53,275 nt of DNA from a virus. This document shows, in pieces, positions 46,954 through 53,275 of the stretch. The translations under genes and the position numbers were made by a program. Position 1 is the first letter of the stretch; each line of letters begins with the position of its first letter. The stretch is taken from the UHGV virus genome UHGV-0205694; one strand, given 5' to 3'. Under the pieces are notes generated by a model. It did no database searches. It was given only the letters and a program-made list of their open reading frames with translations, and had not been told where the DNA came from.

Positions 46954-49893
46954 TTATGCCTGTACGCGCAGCGCTTCGAGACGGCGCACATCAAAATCGT
47001 TAAGTTCTTCGGCGTAGTCTTCGGTAATCGGTGCCGGCCATTCGCCAGTGTCGAAACCGTTAGCGATGGCTCTCATTGCTTTGCGGTATTCCAGCATGCC
47101 GAGTTCCAGCAGTTCTTCGGATGCCTCGATGATGGCGATCCAGTGGTAGTTGTCGTCTTTGTTGACGAAAATCCAGAAGAACTGATCCAGCGCTGCGGTT
47201 TCGCAGTACATAGCGGCGCTGAGGTGGTAATCGCGCTCAATGATTTCCCTGTGCAACTTCGCGCGCAGGCCTTCCTGCTTGATGTTCCACATGCTGATGG
47301 TCTTCAGGTCCGCACCAATGCGCAGGCCGCTCATGTCTATCTCAAGGTCAGGGCGCACGCGAACTTCCAGCCCGGTTTCCTCATCAATACCGAAATAGCT
47401 CACCTCGACGGCGCGGCTCGGATGCTGGAGCAGCTTGCCGGCGGTAGGGTGATTCAACAGTGCTTTCTGAATGTCCAGCGCAGTGCTCATCTGCTGGCGG
47501 GTAACCAGAATTTTTCCTTCCGGGTTTTCGCGCCATGCATCCAGCAGTTCGTCGGCAAACACGGCATTCGGTTTAACCGATTTCACGGCCTGAATCAGAT
47601 CCGTTTTAGTGCCTGATACTTTCAGCGGCTGCGCCTTCTGGGCCTCCTGAGCGACCATGTCAGGATTGATAATCGTCAGTTGCTCTAACAGGGCATCACG
47701 GCTGCCGCTGGTTTTCACCGGCGCGGGCAGGGTGGCGTTGTATTCTTTGATGCAGGCCTTCATTGCCGTAGCGGTATGCTTAGTCCCATTCTCGATGCGC
47801 TGGAACTCCTCCGGGAGTTGCTCATATGACGCATAGGATTCGTCAACGGATGCTCCAAGCGGGAACGGCGCGGGCAGGGTGGCGTTATGTGCATCCAGTA
47901 ATGCTTTGATATCGTCGGCGCTCAACAGCGGCGGCAGGCTGGCGTTGTGCTCGTCGATAAACGCGCGGATCGTCGCAGTCGTGGTGAAGGCGCCTTCCGG
48001 GATTTCCGGCTCAATGCTGAATTCTTTTTCCAACTGCTCGGGCTGCAGCGCCAGCGCATGCACCAGGTTCCCCATATCCAGAACCGGCGAGCGTTCCTTT
48101 TTGATAGTTTTTGAGACATGGCGCGCTTCGAAATACATCAGCGATACCCGGGCATCTTTAACCATCGTGGAGCTGATGCCGTTAGCAGCGTGATAAACCT
48201 CGTTCGGTACACCTTCATATCGACCAGGCTCGAAGTATTCCGGCCACGCTGGCCCTGTCGGTTTCTGGGCTGGTTCTTCGACAGAACCTTCAGGCTTGAT
48301 TGTTGGTTCCTGGTCCTGCAGAACCGCAGCGGCCAGGTCAGGACAGCGCTCAGTTAAAATTTTGCGTGCGTTTACGGCATCTGTTTTTTCAGCATCTGCA
48401 TCAGGGCTTTCGCCTGCTGGTACCGGATTATCAACTTCGTCTTTGACCTGCTGAGTCTCTTCCATCTGCACATCGCTGGTGGCCTCTTCGTTGTCGCTTT
48501 TCGGGGCAGGAGAGGCCATAAGGCCTTCAATGGAGAATACGGTAGAACTGACCCTGGCAATTTCAGGCTGCCTCTTTTTGGTCAGGTCTTCGTGTACCCA
48601 TTTAGGATCGTTGGGGTCGCTGATGCCTTCGACGTATTCACCACGGCCGGCGGCAAGCTGGCGCCCAACTTCTTCATCTGAATCATTTTTCGACGGATGA
48701 CGCGCAGCTGCGATTGTCTCCGCTGACGGTTTATCGTGTACGCTTTCAGTGAGGCAGGAGTTGATGTACCGGCGCAGGCTATCCGGGAAATGATGCACGT
48801 TATCACCAGCACTGCGGATCATGGCAAATATTGCCGCGCGGGAATAATCAAGGATTCCAGGGACACTACGAAGTGCCACCGACCATTCTTTCCAGGGGCT
48901 TTCTTTGTCCGCGATGATTTCTTTCGCACGACGGTGAATAGATGCCGGGAAATCGTAGATATCGAAATCCATTGGCAACGTGGCCAGCGCGATTTCTTGA
49001 TCCAAGGTATCCAGTGTGTGGACATAATCCGGATTACGGTCTGTTTTGTTACCGCCTCCGGCATTGGTTCCGGCATCAGTGCGTTGTACTGAGGTAATGC
49101 GATTACCGGAAGCCCATTCTTTTACGAGAATGCCGCGATCAACATAAGCTGTCTTCACCCACAACTTCGCAAACTCAATGCGTTTGCCGAGCTCATGCCG
49201 TTTGCCTTCCGGGAATACTTTTTTACAGGCGCTTGTGTACTTCCAGAGAGAAGGCATGTCGAATTTCTTAATTTCAGGTTCGTTCTCTGTTGAGAGAATC
49301 AGATCCTGCACTGCGGAGTTATCGGTATCCATTTCCAGAACTGCGAGCTCTTTATGGTGAGGAATACTGATTTGATAGACGTGGTTATCATTCGCCATGT
49401 ACTGCGCCAGCAGCTTAATGCGGAACGGCTGCTCAGCAATATTGAACAGGGCGTTTTTATCGTTTTCGTATTCAGCATTGCCGAACGACTCCACGGTATC
49501 GACATCACCAGCATCACTAGCATCGTCACCACTATTGTCATCAACCAACTCGCCAGTGACAGGCCCAGAGGATACTTCAGCATCATCGGTGTGATGAACG
49601 TCTGCAGGCTCTTGTCCTGGCTTCAGTGCCCAGGTACGACCATCGTCGGCGAGCTGGTAGCGTTCGCACCAGGAGTAATCGAGAACACCTTCAGCCGGAA
49701 GATCGTTAAATACCGGGAAATCGGTACGGATTGGCTTTTGATAGTCTTTGCCGCGGCCTGTTTCGATCTCAGCATCTTCCAGGTCGACGTCCAGCTGCAG
49801 CAGCGCGCGAGCTTCAGACTTCGCGGAACGCCAGATAATGGCATCGGCTTTACCCGATTTTTGAGTTGCCTTTATCAGATAAAAATATTCCAT
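46954..49893 (-). CDS. recE: RecE-like exonuclease VIII (979 aa) with C-terminal PD-(D/E)XK / YqaJ-type nuclease domain
   Basis: Large acidic N-terminal region; C-terminal ...DLEIDMSGL...GADLKT... nuclease-like core; directly upstream of recT. Confidence 0.6.
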   Translation of the reverse strand: MEYFYLIKATQKSGKADAIIWRSAKSEARALLQLDVDLEDAEIETGRGKDYQKPIRTDFPVFNDLPAEGVLDYSWCERYQLADDGRTWALKPGQEPADVHHTDDAEVSSGPVTGELVDDNSGDDASDAGDVDTVESFGNAEYENDKNALFNIAEQPFRIKLLAQYMANDNHVYQISIPHHKELAVLEMDTDNSAVQDLILSTENEPEIKKFDMPSLWKYTSACKKVFPEGKRHELGKRIEFAKLWVKTAYVDRGILVKEWASGNRITSVQRTDAGTNAGGGNKTDRNPDYVHTLDTLDQEIALATLPMDFDIYDFPASIHRRAKEIIADKESPWKEWSVALRSVPGILDYSRAAIFAMIRSAGDNVHHFPDSLRRYINSCLTESVHDKPSAETIAAARHPSKNDSDEEVGRQLAAGRGEYVEGISDPNDPKWVHEDLTKKRQPEIARVSSTVFSIEGLMASPAPKSDNEEATSDVQMEETQQVKDEVDNPVPAGESPDADAEKTDAVNARKILTERCPDLAAAVLQDQEPTIKPEGSVEEPAQKPTGPAWPEYFEPGRYEGVPNEVYHAANGISSTMVKDARVSLMYFEARHVSKTIKKERSPVLDMGNLVHALALQPEQLEKEFSIEPEIPEGAFTTTATIRAFIDEHNASLPPLLSADDIKALLDAHNATLPAPFPLGASVDESYASYEQLPEEFQRIENGTKHTATAMKACIKEYNATLPAPVKTSGSRDALLEQLTIINPDMVAQEAQKAQPLKVSGTKTDLIQAVKSVKPNAVFADELLDAWRENPEGKILVTRQQMSTALDIQKALLNHPTAGKLLQHPSRAVEVSYFGIDEETGLEVRVRPDLEIDMSGLRIGADLKTISMWNIKQEGLRAKLHREIIERDYHLSAAMYCETAALDQFFWIFVNKDDNYHWIAIIEASEELLELGMLEYRKAMRAIANGFDTGEWPAPITEDYAEELNDFDVRRLEALRVQA

Positions 49894-50032
49894 GTGATAG
49901 CCTCAATTTTGGGTGTTAGAATCCCCGGGCCATTGATAGCGCCCATTCAGGGTGTTCATTGGTTTTTGGTAATTTCCGGTGGAACTTTGGTCGGTGTCAC
50001 CGGACGTACAGCCCGCTTCGGCGGGTTTTACG

Positions 50033-50191
50033 TTAGGCCTCGTTGGCCATGGCGTCGTATTCGCCACAACGTTTCGAGCAATACGTTCTTTCACGTGGTA
50101 CTAACTGCGTGCCGTGAATGATGAGAATGGTCATCTTCACAACTTTTCCTTCCTCCAGTGCCTTGCGGCAATACGCACATCGTTTCTGCAT
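50033..50191 (-). CDS. small zinc-finger protein (CxxC...CxxC)
   Basis: MQKRCAYCRK...CSKRCGE. Confidence 0.3.
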   Translation of the reverse strand: MQKRCAYCRKALEEGKVVKMTILIIHGTQLVPRERTYCSKRCGEYDAMANEA

Positions 50192-50199
50192 AACGCCTC

Positions 50200-50391
50200 C
50201 TACATCTGTGCGGTGAATCCGGCGGGGTGTTCCGCCAGAACGCCTTTCAATGGCAGGCATTCGCCCTTTACACCTTGTTCAACAGCAGCTTCCTCACATG
50301 CTTTCTCGCTGTCATATACACCCAGCAAAACATCCTGATTACCGCCAATGAGCATGCCGACGGTTATCACCAGAGCGAACATTGTGCTCAT
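50200..50391 (-). CDS. small hypothetical membrane-anchored protein
   Basis: N-terminal hydrophobic segment. Confidence 0.25.
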   Translation of the reverse strand: MSTMFALVITVGMLIGGNQDVLLGVYDSEKACEEAAVEQGVKGECLPLKGVLAEHPAGFTAQM

Positions 50392-50600
50392 CAGTGGGTA
50401 CCTGCCGGAACGAGATAGGGCGCAAGCTCCCTTGAGTAAAAGGGCTGACGGATAAAGCGCAGATTTCCCTGCGGTTCATGGAAATAGGTTTTGCGAACAT
50501 GGTCGTATGAAACAGACCAGGGCGCGCCGGTGCGCGGATTACGCATTGGTATTGCGCGACCGCTGTTTGGAACTGGATTAGCCATAGATAACCCCCGCAA
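50391..50600 (-). CDS. small hypothetical protein
   Basis: ORF in the early leftward operon. Confidence 0.25.
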   Translation of the reverse strand: MRGLSMANPVPNSGRAIPMRNPRTGAPWSVSYDHVRKTYFHEPQGNLRFIRQPFYSRELAPYLVPAGTH

Positions 50601-50748
50601 TGCATATGATGAATAAAGGCCATAAGATGAGCCCGATAACTACCGAAATGACCAACGAACGAATGCCGTTTCTACTCATTTCAACCTCTGCCTTGTCGCC
50701 GGCTAGCGGAACGTTGCTACCTACTGCGCATTGATATTTCCACCTCAT
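50578..50748 (-). CDS. small hypothetical protein with C-terminal TMD; first gene after PL (start uncertain)
   Basis: Hydrophobic SLVISVVIGLILWPLFIICIAGVIYG; lies downstream of the PL-like promoter. Confidence 0.25.
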   Translation of the reverse strand: MRWKYQCAVGSNVPLAGDKAEVEMSRNGIRSLVISVVIGLILWPLFIICIAGVIYG

Positions 50749-50818
50749 CCCGGCATTCGTATGCTCCGGGCAGCTACTTCGTGGGCGTCCTGCCTTGGTG
50801 GCTTGTTGCGATGGAGTA

Positions 50819-50881
50819 ATTAAACACAATGTTTATTTTTATGTCAACAAAATGAGTTGATTTAGATAAACAAAAAGTTTA
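50819..50881 (-). promoter_or_regulatory. PL-like promoter with two operator palindromes (OL)
   Basis: Minus strand TTGACA (plus 50843-50848), ~17-18-nt spacer, TTTAAT. Palindromes are TAAACACAATGTTTA (50821-50835) and TAAACAAAAAGTTTA (50867-50881). Confidence 0.5.
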
Positions 50882-50958
50882 GTTGGGGGCGTTTTTTGGC
50901 AGGGGTAGCATGTTTTTAGTTCTTTTATTGGGCGGAAAATAGACAGTTGAGGTGAGCT

Positions 50959-51168
50959 ATGGACTATGAGGAAGCTGCGCAACTACGCTATCAAGAAATG
51001 TGCCGGATTGTAGGTGATGTCGTATTTGCGATGGTAGCTGAAGGGCATGAAACCAAAAGAGTGGCTATAGCTGACGTGATACGAACGGAGGTATCGAAGG
51101 GGCTGGGTAAGTGGGATGCTGACCAACTACAGTGCACGGAGCTTGCTGTGAAGTTGCCGGAAGAGTAG
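50959..51168 (+). CDS. small hypothetical protein on the opposite strand (69 aa)
   Basis: GAGGTG Shine-Dalgarno; lies between PL and the leftward terminator. Confidence 0.3.
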   Translation: MDYEEAAQLRYQEMCRIVGDVVFAMVAEGHETKRVAIADVIRTEVSKGLGKWDADQLQCTELAVKLPEE

Positions 51169-51173
51169 GGGCA

Positions 51174-51199
51174 ATAAAAACCCGGCTCGGAGGCCGGGT
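51174..51199 (-). terminator. rho-independent terminator ending the repressor operon
   Basis: Minus-strand ACCCGGCC-TCCGAG-CCGGGTT hairpin followed by TTTTT. Confidence 0.55.
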
Positions 51200-51211
51200 C
51201 AGTAAAGAAAC

Positions 51212-51589
51212 TTAAGCGGGTAAGTAGAGATACGATTGTGGCGGTTTAATGTTTCCGCCTAAGTCAGAGATGGGGAGAGGCTCCTGATAGCGTTCGACTT
51301 CACCGATCTTTATAGCGTATGCCTTGTCTCTGCCCGAGTAGTAACTATCAAAAAACTGTTTTGATATACCAGCATATTTTTTCGTTTCATTCCATAAAGA
51401 CTCTGGCTCTCCGGAAAGGATAGTTTCTATTTGGAACTGACCAACGACTTTACCAAGAGGCATTGTGGCATAGATTATAACAATGCTGATCTCTTGATTT
51501 TTAAAAATACCTTTTCGAAACTCAAATCGTTTAGTCCCATCCAAAATTTTTTCTGCAAATTCTGGCTTAATGGATAATAAAACTTTCAT
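51212..51589 (-). CDS. ASCH-domain (PUA-like) protein, 125 aa
   Basis: MKVLLSIKPEFAEKILDGTKRFEFRKG... is the canonical ASCH N-terminal strand motif; overlaps the upstream gene by 23 nt. Confidence 0.65.
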   Translation of the reverse strand: MKVLLSIKPEFAEKILDGTKRFEFRKGIFKNQEISIVIIYATMPLGKVVGQFQIETILSGEPESLWNETKKYAGISKQFFDSYYSGRDKAYAIKIGEVERYQEPLPISDLGGNIKPPQSYLYLPA

Positions 51590-52628
51590 TTATACGACCT
51601 AACTCTATGATCTTAAAAAACTGCTCATCAGTAAGTTGAAAATGACTCCATCTAAATCCACGAGCACCATTTAAACCGACCTGATCAATAAGACTAGCAC
51701 GATTTGGACGTTTAGGTAAAGATATGTTATAGGAAAAGCGTATAACATAGGGGTAACGCTTATCTTTGTAAAAACCTCTGAGCTCCTCTTCAGAGAAGAC
51801 GCTAAAGCGAAGGCAGTATTCGACAAAGCTATCTTCATTTCGAAAATCATCAATGGTTTTTACTGACTCGACGACACAAATCGTGGATGCGACTGCACGG
51901 TAGTGCGCTGGGCCTTGCCCATCTCCTGTGCGATAGATAACAATAATATCGCCCCTGTTCATGCGGGTAACTGTTGGCATCCCACAAATGTATATTTTAT
52001 GTATGCTGTTTGCGTGAGAGATGTCTTTAACAATATCTGGTGATTCGTTAATAAGCTTGGAGTCAGGGAATAGTCTTGTATGATAATCTGGATAAATAGC
52101 AAGAAGGTATTTATTTACTTTCGCTGTTAATATTCTGGGATAATCCAACAGGATATCACCGTAGACATCATGCAAGGAGCGAGCATATACATACTCTTTT
52201 CCATTATGCGTTTCTTTTTCACCATGCACATAAAAACCATAGGTTTGGAAGAGTTTTATTAGGTGGGCATGTTTATCAAACACTGTGACGTATATGTCAT
52301 CAGAACCAGATGAAAAAGCATGGTCAAAGGCTTTTTTTAAGAAACGCTGCCCCCTAAGTGTTCCCTTTGACTCGAACTTAAATGTACCTATCTTTAAATG
52401 ACGGCCGTGAGGCAATTTGGGGCTTATGTCGTCGGCATCATCATTTTCCTTAAGGTACATGAATCCTTCAATTTTGTGATTTTCATCGTAGAGAATGTAG
52501 GCGGATTCATTAGCGTCGGCTTTTTTCTTGAGCCAATCAGGGAACTCTTTGTAATCACTCTTCAATGAATCAAAAAATGGGTCGTTATGATCAAATTGAG
52601 AGAAACTTTCATACCTTAAGCTATCCAT
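51567..52628 (-). CDS. GNAT-like acetyltransferase N-terminal domain fused to a PUA-like C-terminal domain (353 aa)
   Basis: LKIGTFKFESKGTLRGQRF...FDKHAHLIKLFQTYGFYVHGE fits GNAT motifs A/B; C-terminal RMNRGDIIVIYR... reads as a beta-rich PUA-like fold. Low GC. Confidence 0.5.
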   Translation of the reverse strand: MDSLRYESFSQFDHNDPFFDSLKSDYKEFPDWLKKKADANESAYILYDENHKIEGFMYLKENDDADDISPKLPHGRHLKIGTFKFESKGTLRGQRFLKKAFDHAFSSGSDDIYVTVFDKHAHLIKLFQTYGFYVHGEKETHNGKEYVYARSLHDVYGDILLDYPRILTAKVNKYLLAIYPDYHTRLFPDSKLINESPDIVKDISHANSIHKIYICGMPTVTRMNRGDIIVIYRTGDGQGPAHYRAVASTICVVESVKTIDDFRNEDSFVEYCLRFSVFSEEELRGFYKDKRYPYVIRFSYNISLPKRPNRASLIDQVGLNGARGFRWSHFQLTDEQFFKIIELGRINESFIIH

Positions 52629-52696
52629 GTGCCCTCACTTATAATCGAAAATCTCACATTATATTAATGTCCGTAAATCATTCAGATGTTTACAGT

Positions 52697-53092
52697 TCAT
52701 TCACCGTCACCCTTAATCCTTCGCCCCATGTACTTGGCATACAGCTCATCAAGTTCCTTCAGCCGCAGAGATACGATCCGCAACATGTTTTGCTGCTCTT
52801 CTTCATTCGGTAGCTGGTTATAGAGCTCCAACAGTCTCCGCTCATCTGGCCTCAAGCCATCTTTAGAATCGACGTCCTGCCCCAAAACCCACTCAAGACT
52901 AACACCTAGCGCATCAGCAAGTTTTATTGCAGAGCTTTTCCCGATCGCTCCTCTAACAAACCAGTTGTTAACAGATTGCGAGCTCACACCACAGATCCTC
53001 GCTATATCAGCTTTAGATATGCGCTTCTGCTCAATGATTTCGTTAAGCCGCTTTACCTGCGGGTTATCTGCTTGGTGCGTATTTTTTCTCAT
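52697..53092 (-). CDS. cI-type prophage repressor, HTH-XRE only (131 aa), no S24 autocleavage domain
   Basis: HTH ISKADIARICGVSSQSVNNW; divergent from a Cro-like gene with operators between; no GDSM...K peptidase segment. Confidence 0.75.
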   Translation of the reverse strand: MRKNTHQADNPQVKRLNEIIEQKRISKADIARICGVSSQSVNNWFVRGAIGKSSAIKLADALGVSLEWVLGQDVDSKDGLRPDERRLLELYNQLPNEEEQQNMLRIVSLRLKELDELYAKYMGRRIKGDGE

Positions 53093-53104
53093 ATATCACG
53101 ATTT

Positions 53105-53168
53105 TAAACTAAAAGTTTATCGCCTCAACATTCATAAAGTTGACAATAAAATAAACATAATGTTTAAT
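53105..53168 (+). promoter_or_regulatory. OR/PR region: two operator palindromes and PR
   Basis: TAAACTAAAAGTTTA (53105-53119) and TAAACATAATGTTTA (53152-53166); TTGACA 53140-53145, 17-nt spacer, TTTAAT 53163-53168; GGGAG Shine-Dalgarno before ATG 53197. Confidence 0.55.
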
Positions 53169-53196
53169 TTGTGGTGTAACTTAAAGGGAGTGGTTT

Positions 53197-53275
53197 ATGA
53201 ACGCACTTGAAAGAGCCATACATATCGCCGGTGACGCTACAAAACTGGCTGAAAAATTGGATGTTTCCTCAATGA
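53197..53275 (+). CDS. Cro/YdaS-like HTH protein, N-terminal part (runs off the window end; continues in frame at 3..155)
   Basis: MNALERAIHIAGDATKLAEKLDVS (YdaS/Cro-like HTH) directly downstream of PR. Confidence 0.55.
   Translation, partial: MNALERAIHIAGDATKLAEKLDVSSM

Noticed and set aside
50033-50260. Arg-rich N-terminus (MPAIERRSGGTPRRIHR) as a lambda N-like antiterminator.
   Set aside because: The protein has a CxxC...CxxC zinc ribbon, and the Arg-rich part lies upstream of a more plausible internal start. There is no recognisable nut-site box A/box B nearby, so it stays hypothetical.

Overview
This 53.3 kb window reads as one complete, circularly permuted lambdoid siphovirus genome of an enterobacterial host. 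The immunity region is split across the window ends: a non-cleavable cI-like repressor, OR/PR and the start of a Cro/YdaS-like gene at 52.7-53.3 kb, with that ORF continuing in frame at 3-155. Left to right the modules are: a YdaT/CII-like gene, O with ori iterons and P, and a nin-type region with NinG. Then come Q and tR', an orphan Dcm-type MTase, the lysis cassette, TerS/TerL, portal, head genes, major capsid, tail genes, tape measure and a J-like host-specificity protein. These are followed by a ~6.1 kb invertible segment with two inverted alternative tailspike cassettes and an adjacent Hin/Gin-type invertase, a LexA-controlled UmuD'-like (HumD-like) gene, an attP-like region and a P4-type integrase, then a leftward early operon with RecT and a giant RecE-like exonuclease. 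Accessory loci are conspicuous. The first is a low-GC two-gene module in the nin region, an unknown 197-aa protein plus an XRE-HTH/M78 ImmA-type peptidase fusion with its own promoter and terminator, arranged like RosmerTA. The second is a GNAT/PUA-like plus ASCH gene pair co-transcribed with the repressor at the rexAB position. Others are a secreted stand-alone TonB C-terminal domain protein, a moron between the tail chaperone and the tape measure, DinI with a LexA box, and a hexamer-repeat array inside terS. All calls rest on reading motifs and gene order in the sequence; no database searches were run.
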